A DNA stretch of 64,000 nt from an uncultured delta proteobacterium (lineage in GTDB: Bacteria > Myxococcota_A > Polyangia > Polyangiales > B10-G4), in contig CAVSGI010000008.1 in NCBI GenBank assembly GCA_963727445.1, forward strand, positions 352,001 through 416,000, given 5' to 3'. Made by a program: the position numbers and the translations under genes. Below are positions 18,538 through 29,186 of the stretch, in pieces (positions within the stretch are counted from its first letter, which is position 1; each line of letters starts with the position of its first letter). The notes under the pieces were generated by a model. It was not told where the DNA came from. It searched no databases and was given only the letters and a program-made list of their open reading frames with translations.

Positions 18538-21062
18538 AGGTCCCAGCGGATGCGGCGGTCCACGTCGTCCGCCACCGTGAGTCCGCCGGCGATCACGCTC
18601 CCGCTCCCGTCGCTGATGCGCACCCGCATCACGTCCTCGGAGAGCGCGTCCACCCAGTAGCAGGAGTCGCAGGTGGCGAGCTCCGCTTCGGACGCCGCCA
18701 GTGGGATCGCGGGCGCCTCGAAGGCCGCCGTGAGGGTGACCATGAGCGTCCCTCCGTCGGCGGTGGTGAAGCTCGCCGCGCCGGTATCGCTCGTGACGAA
18801 GCCCACCACGTCGTAGACGTCCGCCACGTCGGTGGGTCCGACGACGTCCGCGTTGGTCTCTTCGGCCAGCGTGTCGATGGTGGGATCGAGGAGCGGGATC
18901 AGATAGCCGTCTCGCAGGAACAGCGGCATCTGGTCGAGAGGCGCGGGGACGGTCACCACGCCTTCGTATACGGTGGCGTCTCGCCAATCGAGGTAGCGGC
19001 CGGCGGGGAGGTCGACGGTCTTGTCGCGCTGGTGACGATTCAGGACCGGCGCGACGAGCAGCGACGGACCGAGGTAGTAGACGTCGTCGACCGCGCGCAG
19101 GTCCGTGCGCTCCGGGTGCTCGAGGAAGACGTGACGCATCACCGGCGCGCCGGTGGCGTGCGCCTCCTCCGCGAGCGCCATGAAGTAGGGCTGTAGACGC
19201 GTGTGCAGGCGTGCGTAGGTGCGCCACGCGTTCATGGCATCGGGCGAGGTCCAGATGCTCGCCTTCTGTACGTCCTCGAGGTTGAACACGCACGCGTCCT
19301 GGTCCTGCATGTTGGAGCTCATCGAGCCCTGCTGGATCCACCGGGTCCAGAGCTCGCCGTTGGCGGCGCTCGCGCCGTCGGCGATGCAGTGGAAGCCGCC
19401 GATGTCGCCGCCCCAATGGGGCGCGCCGCTGATGCCGAGGTTGATCCCGGCCCGGGGCATGGAGGGCAGGCCGTCCGAGTCCTCGAAGCTCGCCGCGGGG
19501 TCGCCCGACCACACCTGCGGTGTCCACTGTGAGGCGCCGGTGTAACCGCTCCGCGCGAAGAAGAGCCACTCGCCGGCGAGGCGGGTCGTCTCGAGGTGTT
19601 CGTGGCCCGCCTTCTGGTAGAGGACGGGGTAGGCGTTGTGAAACTCCTCGCCCGTGCGGCCGTCGCTCGACATGGACGCGGGCTGCACGTACTCGCCGAA
19701 GTCGTACATCCAGCCGTCGTAGCCGATGTCGATCGCCCAATCGAGGGACTCGCCGAAGTATGCCGTCGCCGCTTCGGAGCTGAAATCGAGCTGGTACACC
19801 GTCAGGTACTCGCCGCTGATCAGCTCCACCTCGTCCGGCGAACCGTCCGCGGTGCGCACGAAGTAGCCCTCGTCCACGCCGCGCTGGACGAAGTCGGCGA
19901 TGGGCGCGTCGGGGGACGCGTCGTAGAGCGAGTTGTAATAGCAGTTCATCTTGTAGCCGAGGCCGTGGCCCTCCTCGACCCAGGCACGCAGCTCCGCCTC
20001 GCGCCCCACATGGCTCCCCGACGGCAGGAAGTGCACGGCGTCGTCGACGCCGGTGATCGCGAGATCGAGGTCGCGCATCGCCTGGATCTCGCTCACCCCC
20101 ATCTGCATGTCGTCGATGTTGATGCGGCGGCGCGGGCCGAAGGTCCACGCGGGCGGGATCATCGGACGCCCGACGGTCTCGGTGAAGAGGTCGATCAGCT
20201 GATACGGCCAGGGGCGCTCGTCACCGGGCTTCGGCACGTAGACCTCGTAGGCGAGGGTCGGACCAATCTCCCAGACGCGCCACGCGTCGCTGTAGTCCGT
20301 GGCGAAGTCGAACTCGCTCCGCCACGTCGTATCGAGCCAGAAGGCGTAGCCCTTCGTCGAGAGGAAGAAGGGGATCGGGTAATAGGTCATCGCCTCCCCG
20401 TTCGGCTCGGGATTGACCGGGCTCGCGATCTGCCCCTCGCCCGTGCCGAAGCCGCCCTCCTCGGTCCAGTTGTAGACCCGCACGCCGCGCTGGTCGGTCT
20501 CGTTGTAGCGCTCGCCGAGGCCGAGGAAGCCCTCGTCGGTGGGGGATGAGAAGGCCGCGCCAATCGCGCGCGGCTCGGCACCTTCGACGCGTGCCTCGAC
20601 GCGCAGGGTCGACGCGCGCAGGGCGTGGCGCACCACGACGGCCTCCTCGCCGTACCCACCGTCGCCACGGAGGGTCAGCGTGAGCTCGGCGTCGCCCTCC
20701 TCCGCCTCGACCACGGTCCAGCCCGTGCGCCAGGGATCCAAATCGGCGAAGAAGAACTGCTGGCCCTTGGTGAGGGGCGCCGGGCGCCAGCTCAGCTCTC
20801 CGGTCGTCCAACCAATCGTGTCGTAGGCGCCGCCGCGCGCGTCCACCGAGCCGAGCACCTCGCGTCCCTCTGCGTCGCGCACCACCAGCGCGTAGGGCTC
20901 GCGGGTGATGGTCACCTCAATCCCCTCGGCGTCGAGGGTCCACTCCACGGGAAGGTCGCTCCCCGGCGGCGGCCCGCTGTCGACGCTCGCGTCCGAAGTG
21001 GGCTCCGGATCCGAGCATCCGAGCACGGCCGAAAGGACAATCAAGACGAACGCGCGCACCAT
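18522..21062 (-). CDS. Glycoside hydrolase family 31 lipoprotein
   Basis: Lipobox VLGC; GLGER, YYPIPFFLS, GWMYDFGEY (nucleophile Asp), WSGD (acid/base Asp), DIGGF. Confidence 0.92.
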   Translation of the reverse strand: MVRAFVLIVLSAVLGCSDPEPTSDASVDSGPPPGSDLPVEWTLDAEGIEVTITREPYALVVRDAEGREVLGSVDARGGAYDTIGWTTGELSWRPAPLTKGQQFFFADLDPWRTGWTVVEAEEGDAELTLTLRGDGGYGEEAVVVRHALRASTLRVEARVEGAEPRAIGAAFSSPTDEGFLGLGERYNETDQRGVRVYNWTEEGGFGTGEGQIASPVNPEPNGEAMTYYPIPFFLSTKGYAFWLDTTWRSEFDFATDYSDAWRVWEIGPTLAYEVYVPKPGDERPWPYQLIDLFTETVGRPMIPPAWTFGPRRRINIDDMQMGVSEIQAMRDLDLAITGVDDAVHFLPSGSHVGREAELRAWVEEGHGLGYKMNCYYNSLYDASPDAPIADFVQRGVDEGYFVRTADGSPDEVELISGEYLTVYQLDFSSEAATAYFGESLDWAIDIGYDGWMYDFGEYVQPASMSSDGRTGEEFHNAYPVLYQKAGHEHLETTRLAGEWLFFARSGYTGASQWTPQVWSGDPAASFEDSDGLPSMPRAGINLGISGAPHWGGDIGGFHCIADGASAANGELWTRWIQQGSMSSNMQDQDACVFNLEDVQKASIWTSPDAMNAWRTYARLHTRLQPYFMALAEEAHATGAPVMRHVFLEHPERTDLRAVDDVYYLGPSLLVAPVLNRHQRDKTVDLPAGRYLDWRDATVYEGVVTVPAPLDQMPLFLRDGYLIPLLDPTIDTLAEETNADVVGPTDVADVYDVVGFVTSDTGAASFTTADGGTLMVTLTAAFEAPAIPLAASEAELATCDSCYWVDALSEDVMRVRISDGSGSVIAGGLTVADDVDRRIRWDLYLAD

Positions 21063-21276
21063 GGACTCACTCTACATCCGATTCCGTTCGTGGGTAGCGC
21101 GAAGGTGGGGCGTCAATTTTCGAACGCCCGGCGCCCCGACCACGACATTCGTTTCCGGGTCAATCCCTGCGCGCGACATCACGCGCCTCGGCGGTCCTGG
21201 ATCGCGACTTGCGAAAGCGTGCGATGCGGAGACGCGCCTTTGAAACGGCGGGCCCGGGGATGGAGGCGAGTGTGCG

Positions 21277-22734
21277 ATGAACACGACGATCGCGCGATGG
21301 GTGACGTGCGCCCTTTGGCTCTCGGGCGGATGTGGGGGATGCGGGGACGACGCGCTGGTGGCGGACACGGGCAGCGGGCTCGACGCGACGTTGGACGCGG
21401 GGCCGGTGGATGCGGGGCCACCGGATGCGCGACGGGACAGCCGCTTTCCCGACGCCGTCGTCGAGCTGGGGTGTGGGGGTGAGGCGTGCGATCCCATGCG
21501 GGGCTGTGTAGGTGGTCGCACCTGCGTCGACGAGATGAACACCGACATCGGGGGCGCCTCCGACCCGCTGGTGGGGTGCGCGGACGGCGTCGTGTCCGTT
21601 CCGACCACGTCCTTCGCAGGCGGCTACTGCACCTTCCTCGCCCCCATCGACTCGGGCGGGTGCGACCCGGACGACGAGGAATCCTGTGGCGGAGTGGACT
21701 GCGCCCGATGCCTCTCCGCAGGCCAGACATCGACCGGCGTGCCCATCACCCTCTGTGCACCGACGTGCACCCCTTCACTGACGACCAACCCATGTCGCGA
21801 TACTTACCAATGCGCGCTTGGCACCAACGTCTGCCTGCCAGGCTGCGGGAGCGACCTCGAGTGTCAGGTCCGGCGCGCCGACACCAACGGCGATGGCGTG
21901 ATCGACCCCTACGACGCCACGGACAATCCCGAGGGCGATCGGCTGAAGTGCGAGACCGAGGTGCGGGCCTACTGCGACATGGCGACCGGGCGCTGCCGGC
22001 ACGAAGGCATCCCGGGCGCGCAGGCGGGCGACCCGTGCACCGACGACTTCGAATGCGAAGCGGACGGCGAATGCCTGGTGGACCGAGGCGCCGACGGGGG
22101 CTTCCCCGGCGGCTACTGCATCAAACGCGGCTGTGACCTCGCCGGCAACGAATGTGCCGGCGAGGGCAAGTGTCAGGAACGCGGCTTCGGCTTCCCAGCA
22201 TGCCTCGCGCCCTGCGAGGTGGCGGCGACCGACACTGCGGACGACCCCTTCGCGCCCTCCCGCGACTGCCGGGCCGGCTACACCTGCTTCTGGGATGGGA
22301 CCTCCGGCGCCAGCACGACGAATGGCGCTTGCATCCCCGCCAACGACAACGACGTGCGCACGCCCAACATCGGGGCCTCCTGCGCGAACGAGAGCGAGTG
22401 CTACTCGCCCTTCGGCCTCGGCCAGTGTCGCGACTTCGGCGCCGGCGACCACTGCACCCTCTTCGACTGCGCCGCGCCAGGCATGCCCGCCGACGTGTGC
22501 GGCGACGCTGCCGTGTGCGCCCCCGTCAGCGGGAGCGTCACCTCGATCTGCATCGCGACCTGCGAGAGTGCGGCGGACTGCCGAGAAGGCAACGGCTGCT
22601 GGGACACGTCGGTCGCGGGGATCGACACCGGCGGCGCCACGGTCTGCTTCCCGGGTTGCCTCGAGGACGGCCACTGCCTGCCGACCCAGCGCTGCGTGGG
22701 GGCCAGCATGACGAGCGTCGGGCAGTGCGAGTGA
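21277..22734 (+). CDS. Cys-rich secreted/lipoprotein
   Basis: Signal with GGCGGC; repeated GGYC and C..D.EC modules; DTNGDGVID Ca-binding-like loop. Confidence 0.8.
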   Translation: MNTTIARWVTCALWLSGGCGGCGDDALVADTGSGLDATLDAGPVDAGPPDARRDSRFPDAVVELGCGGEACDPMRGCVGGRTCVDEMNTDIGGASDPLVGCADGVVSVPTTSFAGGYCTFLAPIDSGGCDPDDEESCGGVDCARCLSAGQTSTGVPITLCAPTCTPSLTTNPCRDTYQCALGTNVCLPGCGSDLECQVRRADTNGDGVIDPYDATDNPEGDRLKCETEVRAYCDMATGRCRHEGIPGAQAGDPCTDDFECEADGECLVDRGADGGFPGGYCIKRGCDLAGNECAGEGKCQERGFGFPACLAPCEVAATDTADDPFAPSRDCRAGYTCFWDGTSGASTTNGACIPANDNDVRTPNIGASCANESECYSPFGLGQCRDFGAGDHCTLFDCAAPGMPADVCGDAAVCAPVSGSVTSICIATCESAADCREGNGCWDTSVAGIDTGGATVCFPGCLEDGHCLPTQRCVGASMTSVGQCE

Positions 22735-22750
22735 GCGCGCGCGGCAGCGC

Positions 22751-23278
22751 TCAGCGCATCATCCCCATGCGGCCGCGGCGGCGACGGGTCCGGGTGCGGG
22801 GCTCGGCGACGATGTAGAAGCTGAGGCCGTACATGTAGCCGTTGTCGAGCGCGTCGCCTTCGTTCGCGAAGGGCAGGTAGTCGTCGGCGGCGAGCTCGGC
22901 GGCGATGTCGTACTCGCCTTCGCAGAGCTCGGCGATGTGCTCGGCGCCAGGGATGAGCGCCACCGTGCGCGGGCACGGCCCGCTGAACCACACCACCAGG
23001 CCGTGCGGCGTGTCGTTCTTGACCAGCACCACCGGCCAGGCGTCCGGGCTCGCCTCGCCCGACTGCTGCACCGGCGGCAGCGCGCCGTGCTCGCCTTCGC
23101 GACGCGCCGTGACGCGATCGCTCATCAGGCGCGCCTCTTCCTGATCGAGGGGATCGTCTCCGTCCTCGCTGATCTCGTCGATGGTCACCACCAGCGGCTC
23201 GGGAGGCGGCGGCGGCGGCGCGGAGCCACACGCGCAGAGAAAGGAGCCGGCAAGGAGCCCGAAAAGGCGCACACGCAT
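22751..23278 (-). CDS. Hypothetical lipoprotein
   Basis: MRVRLFGLLAGSFLCAC lipobox; TGATG coupling with the upstream gene; beta-rich C-terminal domain. Confidence 0.75.
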   Translation of the reverse strand: MRVRLFGLLAGSFLCACGSAPPPPPPEPLVVTIDEISEDGDDPLDQEEARLMSDRVTARREGEHGALPPVQQSGEASPDAWPVVLVKNDTPHGLVVWFSGPCPRTVALIPGAEHIAELCEGEYDIAAELAADDYLPFANEGDALDNGYMYGLSFYIVAEPRTRTRRRRGRMGMMR

Positions 23279-23955
23279 CAGCGCACCCCCACTCGGTAAC
23301 GACGGCCCGGCTCGCAGCTGAAGCGACCCCGATAGTCCGCGCGACGTGGCGACTCGACCACGATCGTGTGCGCGCCCGGCTCGACGAAGATCGGGAACTC
23401 GCTGATGGGCGGGCCCGAGTCCAACGCCACCGTGACGTCGAGGCCGTTCGCCTGGACGAGCAGATGACAGGGCGGCGTGGTGTCGGTGAGACGCTCCGCC
23501 TGGGTCTGAACGGGCTGCCCCATCGCCGTCTCGCTGCCCTGCTCCTCGGTCATCGAGGAGAGACTCACCCCGTCGGTGCGGACGGTGGCGCCGCGGATCT
23601 GGACACTGATCTGCTCGCCCTCGCCCTCGATCACCGTCGCTTCGATGAAGAGCAGCGTCGGCGCTTCGAGGCGCCGGGCCAGCTCCGCGACGCAGCTCTC
23701 CTCCCCCGCGCATGCACCCGCGGTCCGACCGACACTCTCGAGCTGCGCACGGGTCGCGTGGGGCGGCGTCACCACGTAACCGTCGCTCCGCAGGATCGAG
23801 GCGGCCACCTCGAAGAGGTAGGCCTCGACGAAGTCATCCATCCCCTCGCCCACCGTCACCACCACCGCCGCGCGCGGCTTGGGTCCGTCGTCCGCTCGCG
23901 CACCGAACGCGACCAGCAGCACCAGCAGGGGCAGGATGAAGAGGCCGCGCCTCAT
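23278..23955 (-). CDS. Secreted protein with C-terminal PEGA-like domain
   Basis: Signal peptide ending ARA; VTVALD...IFVEPGAHTIVVE; ATGA overlap with the kinase stop. Confidence 0.7.
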   Translation of the reverse strand: MRRGLFILPLLVLLVAFGARADDGPKPRAAVVVTVGEGMDDFVEAYLFEVAASILRSDGYVVTPPHATRAQLESVGRTAGACAGEESCVAELARRLEAPTLLFIEATVIEGEGEQISVQIRGATVRTDGVSLSSMTEEQGSETAMGQPVQTQAERLTDTTPPCHLLVQANGLDVTVALDSGPPISEFPIFVEPGAHTIVVESPRRADYRGRFSCEPGRRYRVGVR

Positions 23956-25739
23956 CGGTCCTCCCTCATCGTGTCCTCGAGACGGTCGATCCGGACCATG
24001 AACGCTCGGATCGCGTCCCTGGGCGCGCCGCGGGGCGGCACCCGCGACTTGAGCACGTTGAGCTGCGCGAGCTGCACCGGTGTCGGATCGTCACCGAGGT
24101 CGCGCTCCACCGCGCGCATCCGCCGCGTGATGAAGTCGTGCGCCGGGATCGACTGGGCGAGCGCCGTGAGCTCGCGGATGTCCGCCAGGGCGGCGGCGTA
24201 CTCGCCCGCCCGGGCGTTTTCATCCTGGCTGGCGTAGAGGAGCCGCGTCTGGGCGTGATGCTTCAAATCGCGAAAGCGAAGGCCGCGCTGGGCCAGCATC
24301 GTCTCGAGCGCGCGTCGCTCCCCCTCGTAGTCCTCTTGAACGGCGCCGCCCGGCATCAGCTCGGAGCCCTCGAGGTCGCCTCGCGGCATCTTGGTGAGCT
24401 CGAGATGCTGCGCGCGTCCCACCACCCGGAAGCCCTCTCCCGGGCTCGCCGCCTCCCCATCGCTCGTCGCCACGACCGGCGAGTCCTCCTCGGAGTCGGC
24501 GCGGAGCTTTGCGAGGGCGAAGGTCACTCCGAAGCTCACTAACACGAGGGCGACCAGGCCCCCAAGGATCATCCGGACGCGACGCGTCCGCTCTCGCGCC
24601 CCGAGCGCCGACGCCAGTGCGCGGTCTGCGTCAGCGTTCATGGTGAGGCCGTCGAAGGGGCGCTCGCTCATGGGCCCCGACTGAGTCGGTTGCGCGAGCT
24701 CCTCGGTCACCGCGCCCAGCGCCTCGGTGCCGAGGCCAGGACTGGCGAGGAGGTTGGCGGCCGGACCGGGATCGGGCAGGCGCTTTTCCAGCGTCCGGAG
24801 CTCCGCCGCGAGCACCGAGGCGTCCTGCGGGCGATCGTCGGGATTCTTTTCGAGCAGACTTCGAACGGCGCGGTCGAGCTCGGCGACGAGGGCCGCGTCG
24901 AGGTCCGGAATGTCGAGAGGCGCGGGGTCGTCCTCGATGTGCATCCCCAGCACCGCCGCGTTGGTCACGCCGATGAAGGGCGGCGTGCCGGTGAGCAGCT
25001 CGTACAGGACGATGCCGAGCGAGTAGATGTCGGAGCGAGAGTCGGCGTTCCTGCCCTTGATCTGCTCCGGAGACATGTACTCCGGCGTACCGAAGATCAT
25101 CCCCTGTCGCGTGAGGCGCCCGCCGCCGGTGCCGCCCGTATCGATCCCCTCCGCGAGCAGCGCGAGCCCGAAGTCGAGGATGCGCGCGTGCAGATCCTTG
25201 CCCTGGGCGTCGATCTGAACGTTCGCCGGCTTGAGATCGCGATGGACCACCCCCGCGCGATGCGCAGCCGACAGCGCGTCGGCGAGCTGGGCGGCGACGG
25301 CGATGGCGTGACGCGGGGGAAAGCGGCCGATGGCCGCGATGATGTCGTCGAGGGGAAGGCCGCCGACCTTCTCCATGACGATGTAGGGCGTGTCACCGCC
25401 CCCATCGCCGTACTCGAGCACCCGGACGACGTTCGGGTGATCGATGCCGGCCAGCGCGATGGCTTCCCGGCGGAAGCGCCGGACGTTGCGTCGGTCGCGG
25501 GTGCGCTCGGCGTAGAGCATCTTCACCGCGACCTCGCGCGACAGGCCGCGCTGCTTCGCCAGATAGACGAAGCCCATGCCTCCGGCGCCGAGGATCTCCT
25601 CGAGCTCGTACCGATTGTCGAGCACGACCCCCACGAGGGGATCGTGCTCGTCGGTGATCTCTTCGAGCGCGCGACCGTCCGAGGGGCAGTACTCGTTCTC
25701 CTCGGCCCAGACGCGGTGGCAGGTTGGGCAGCAGCGCAC
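23952..25739 (-). CDS. Membrane Ser/Thr protein kinase with N-terminal Zn-ribbon-like segment
   Basis: CPTC..CPSD; GAGGMG, VAVK, HRDLKPAN, DFG, GTPEYMSPE; one TM. Confidence 0.95.
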   Translation of the reverse strand: MRCCPTCHRVWAEENEYCPSDGRALEEITDEHDPLVGVVLDNRYELEEILGAGGMGFVYLAKQRGLSREVAVKMLYAERTRDRRNVRRFRREAIALAGIDHPNVVRVLEYGDGGGDTPYIVMEKVGGLPLDDIIAAIGRFPPRHAIAVAAQLADALSAAHRAGVVHRDLKPANVQIDAQGKDLHARILDFGLALLAEGIDTGGTGGGRLTRQGMIFGTPEYMSPEQIKGRNADSRSDIYSLGIVLYELLTGTPPFIGVTNAAVLGMHIEDDPAPLDIPDLDAALVAELDRAVRSLLEKNPDDRPQDASVLAAELRTLEKRLPDPGPAANLLASPGLGTEALGAVTEELAQPTQSGPMSERPFDGLTMNADADRALASALGARERTRRVRMILGGLVALVLVSFGVTFALAKLRADSEEDSPVVATSDGEAASPGEGFRVVGRAQHLELTKMPRGDLEGSELMPGGAVQEDYEGERRALETMLAQRGLRFRDLKHHAQTRLLYASQDENARAGEYAAALADIRELTALAQSIPAHDFITRRMRAVERDLGDDPTPVQLAQLNVLKSRVPPRGAPRDAIRAFMVRIDRLEDTMREDR

Positions 25740-25770
25740 TGCCGCCTATTCTACCAAAGGTGACGTTCCG

Positions 25771-27180
25771 TTACGGGGTCGTCGGAACGAATGCGCTCAC
25801 GCCGCAGCGAACGAAGGTGCTGTCCATGAGCTCCGAATCCTGTCCGGTCTTGGAGATGACGAGGTAATAGGTCCCGGCGCCGGGCGGGGTGTCCATCGAC
25901 AGGTCGACCACCGCGCCGTCGGGCGGGGCCTCGGTGGCCATCCCGATGACCGCGTCGGTGGAATCGTGGATCTCTGCCTTGAGGCCCGTCACGCCGCTGC
26001 CGGCGGTGCGCGAGCCACAAGCGGCCACGATCACCTCTGAGTCCGCGACGTCGAAGGAGTAGTAGTCGACGTCGGCGTTGGTCGGCAGCTGCGCGAGAAC
26101 GAAGCCCGAGTTCACCATGGTGTCCATGTCGCGCTCCTGCGTCAGCGCCTCTGCACCCGCCAGGTCGCCGTTGGTGGCCTCCATGGTCTCGGCCGGGTTC
26201 TCCGTGAGCCCGGTGAAGGCCTTGAGGACGAAGAAATCGTTGGCGCCGGCGGCGGTCGCGTTGGTCTCCACGAAGAGGAGGTAATCGCCGGGATCGAGGG
26301 CCGGGCTGAGCTCGTCGTAGGCGTTCATCGCGTTGTTGAGGCGACCGTAGAGGGTCGTCCCCGTCGTGTCGGTGACGTAGATGTCGCCGATGTCGGCGGT
26401 CGAGCCGTAGCCCGTGGTGCCCGAGGGCATCATCGCGAAGGACGTCCGGTCGGTGACGCTGAAGGAGAAGACGTCGATGTCGGACTCGTCAGCGAAGGTG
26501 CCGAGGATCACGCCGAAGTTCATGTCGGTGTTGATCGCCTGAGCGCTCGCCGCGTCGTTGCCGGTCTCACCGTCCATGGTGACGATCGCCGCCATGGGGT
26601 CCACCGTCCCGGCGGTGAGGGTGTAGGTGAAAGTGGAATCGCCCTCGGCGGTGTCGCCATTCCAGTCGGAGAACTCGAGCACCCGGACGTAGTACGTCCC
26701 CGCAGTCGCCACGTGATAGATGATCTCGGAGTCGGTGTTGACCCGCGGCTGCGAGTCGTCGTTCTCGGCGACCATCATCGCCTCGGCAGGGCCCGAGAAG
26801 AGCTGGATGACCGTGTCGACCATGTCGGGGTCGTCGTCGGGGTTGGCGTCGGTGGCGAGGATCAGCCAGTCATCGGCCATCAGATCCACCTTGAAGAAGT
26901 CGCGATCGCCGGGGCTCTGGATGGCCTCCATCACGCCCATGCCGTCGTTGAGGGTGATGGCCACGGCGTCGGCGAAGGCGTCGTTCCCGTCACCCATCGT
27001 GGTGCCGGTATCCATCGGGGTGCCGGTATCCATCGGGGTGCCGGTGTCGGAGGGGGTGCCGGTGTCGCCCCCCATTCCGCTGTCGCCGGTCATGCGGGAG
27101 TCATCGCCGCAGCCGCTGTGGAGCGCTGGCAGGGCCAGCGCGACGATGAGTGAGATCGCGCTCTTCGAGTTCATTTCCAT
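25771..27180 (-). CDS. Acidic lipoprotein with three PPC-like (pre-peptidase C-terminal) domains
   Basis: Lipobox HSGC; DTGTPM repeats; DRDFFK, DIDVFSF and DVDYYSF...GTYYL modules. Confidence 0.8.
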   Translation of the reverse strand: MEMNSKSAISLIVALALPALHSGCGDDSRMTGDSGMGGDTGTPSDTGTPMDTGTPMDTGTTMGDGNDAFADAVAITLNDGMGVMEAIQSPGDRDFFKVDLMADDWLILATDANPDDDPDMVDTVIQLFSGPAEAMMVAENDDSQPRVNTDSEIIYHVATAGTYYVRVLEFSDWNGDTAEGDSTFTYTLTAGTVDPMAAIVTMDGETGNDAASAQAINTDMNFGVILGTFADESDIDVFSFSVTDRTSFAMMPSGTTGYGSTADIGDIYVTDTTGTTLYGRLNNAMNAYDELSPALDPGDYLLFVETNATAAGANDFFVLKAFTGLTENPAETMEATNGDLAGAEALTQERDMDTMVNSGFVLAQLPTNADVDYYSFDVADSEVIVAACGSRTAGSGVTGLKAEIHDSTDAVIGMATEAPPDGAVVDLSMDTPPGAGTYYLVISKTGQDSELMDSTFVRCGVSAFVPTTP

Positions 27181-27284
27181 CTCCAGGCAGAAGGCGCGGG
27201 AAGTTACGGGACAGGCCGGGCGAACGCAAACCGAGGGATGATTGTCCTTTGGGTACCGCCAGTTGCGGCATATCCTACCCCCGC

Positions 27285-27770
27285 ATGGGAGAGGTTCCGA
27301 CCACGCCCCACACCCAGGTCGTCTCGCGGATCTTCACCTCGAGTGGGTGGGTCGTCGGGACCTTCCACGTGCCGGCGGGCGACTCGCTCCTTTCGCATCT
27401 CGAGCGCTCGAAGTTCTTCACCCTCACGGACGTCGTCCTGCCTCAGGGCGGGGATGCCCTTCCCTTCTTCGCTCTGAGCCGGGATGCGACGGTGCTGATC
27501 TTGCCGGGGGAGCCCGAGGCGGTGAAGCCCTCGGCCCAGGGAGAGGTCCTGCATCAGGTCTCGTGCCTCCTCGAAAAGGGGGTGGTCATGGGCACCCTGC
27601 ATCTGCCGGGTGAGGTGCGGGTCTCGGACCATCTCCTCGGGACCGAGCGCTTTTTCGTGCTCGGGGATTGCACGGTGGGGATCGACGCGGGAGGTCGTGG
27701 CGGCAGCGTCGAGGCGGCCGCCGCGACCATCCTCAACGCGCAGCGCGTGGTGGGCGTCGCGGAGATGTGA
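27285..27770 (+). CDS. Hypothetical protein with an internal duplication
   Basis: VVGTFHVP...LLSHL...FFTLTD repeated as VMGTLHLP...VSDHL...FFVLGD. Confidence 0.75.
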   Translation: MGEVPTTPHTQVVSRIFTSSGWVVGTFHVPAGDSLLSHLERSKFFTLTDVVLPQGGDALPFFALSRDATVLILPGEPEAVKPSAQGEVLHQVSCLLEKGVVMGTLHLPGEVRVSDHLLGTERFFVLGDCTVGIDAGGRGGSVEAAAATILNAQRVVGVAEM

Positions 27771-27817
27771 CGTAACGCCCCCGGCGCCGCTGCGTACGGA
27801 CAAGTATTGGAGAATGC

Positions 27818-29185
27818 GTGCGCGCCGTCATCGTCGGTAACGGAGTCGCGGGAATCGAAGCTGCGCTCGCCATCCGCGAGCGGGAGCCGGAGGCGGAGAT
27901 CTGCATCGTCTCCGAGGAGTCGGATCACTTCTTCTCGCGGACCGCGCTGATGTGGGTCGCCTGTGGTCAGCTGAGCCACCAGGACATCGAGCCCTACGAG
28001 CGCGACCTCTACGAGCGCTCGGGCTTTCGGCGTGTGCGGGCGCGCGCGGTGGGCGTGCGGCCAGAGGCGCGAACGCTTCTCCTCGCGGGCGACGACCCCC
28101 TCCCCTACGACGCGCTCGTCATCGCGTGCGGCTCGGCGCCGCGGCCCGCGCCTTGGCCAGGCGGCGATCTCCGTGGGGTCGGCCACTTCGTCACGCTCTC
28201 CGACCTCGAGTGGCTGGAGCGCGAGCTCTACGGGGATCCGGTGCGCGAGCGACCCCCGCGGCCGGACGCGCACGTCGATCGATCCGTGGAGGGCTCTCCC
28301 TACCTCTTTCGCGAGCCGGCGTCGGCCAGCCGCGCGCGCCCACTCGAGCGCGCCGTCGTGATCGGTGGGGGCCTCGTGGGGATCGAGGCGGTGGAGGTCC
28401 TCCTCGCCGCTGGCAAGCAGGTGACTTTTCTGATTCGCGACGAGTGGTTCTGGCCGATGGCGGTCGATCGCGAGGAATCGGCCTTCATCGCCGCACGCTT
28501 GCGGGCACACGGGGTCGACGTCCGGACGGACGCCACCGCCGACAGGCTCGAAGGCGACGGCGCCGGCAACGTGACGCGCGTCGTCGCCGGCTCTGAGGCG
28601 ATCGAAACCGACGCGGTGGTGGTGGCGATCGGTGTGGTGCCGAACACCGCCTGGCTCGAGGGCTCCGCCATCGAACGCGACGACGCTGGAGGGATCGTGG
28701 TCGACGAGGGCCTCGCGACCTCGGCGCCCCACGTCTGGGCTGCCGGCGACTGCGCCTCGGTCCGCTGGTTCGACGGCTCGCGCCGCCCCGAGCAGCTCTG
28801 GTACACGGCGCGCGCGCAGGGACGGGTCGCGGCGCGAAGCCTGCTGGGCGACGAGGTCCGCTACCAGCGAGGCACCTGGTACAACTCCGCCAAGCTCGCC
28901 GACATCGAGTACACCAGCGTGGGGCTGGTGGGCACGGGCAGACCGGGCGAGGAGCGCTTCTTCTTCGAGGAGAAGGGCCCGGTGCACAGCACCACGCGCA
29001 TCGTGAGCGTGGACGGGCGCGTCATCGGCATCAATCTCCTCGGCCGGCGCTGGGACCACTCGGTGCTGATGCGCTTCATCGAAGAGCGGCGCAGCGTGGA
29101 CTTCGTCCTCGATCACCTCGCGGAGGCGAGCTTCGACACGGAGCTCGTCCCACCGCTCCGCCTGCCACCACGGAAGGCGGGCTGA
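27818..29185 (+). CDS. NAD(P)/FAD-dependent oxidoreductase (pyridine nucleotide-disulfide family)
   Basis: IVGNGVAG, VIGGGLVGIE, AIGVVPN, VWAAGDCA. Confidence 0.92.
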   Translation: MRAVIVGNGVAGIEAALAIREREPEAEICIVSEESDHFFSRTALMWVACGQLSHQDIEPYERDLYERSGFRRVRARAVGVRPEARTLLLAGDDPLPYDALVIACGSAPRPAPWPGGDLRGVGHFVTLSDLEWLERELYGDPVRERPPRPDAHVDRSVEGSPYLFREPASASRARPLERAVVIGGGLVGIEAVEVLLAAGKQVTFLIRDEWFWPMAVDREESAFIAARLRAHGVDVRTDATADRLEGDGAGNVTRVVAGSEAIETDAVVVAIGVVPNTAWLEGSAIERDDAGGIVVDEGLATSAPHVWAAGDCASVRWFDGSRRPEQLWYTARAQGRVAARSLLGDEVRYQRGTWYNSAKLADIEYTSVGLVGTGRPGEERFFFEEKGPVHSTTRIVSVDGRVIGINLLGRRWDHSVLMRFIEERRSVDFVLDHLAEASFDTELVPPLRLPPRKAG

Positions 29186-29186
29186 G

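Noticed and set aside
18522..21062. Sulfoquinovosidase (YihQ) assignment for the GH31, tempting beside a rhodanese
   Set aside because: GWMxDFGEY is shared, but the DIGGY Tyr is Phe here, I cannot see the Arg/Trp sulfonate pocket, and no sulfoglycolysis genes are nearby.
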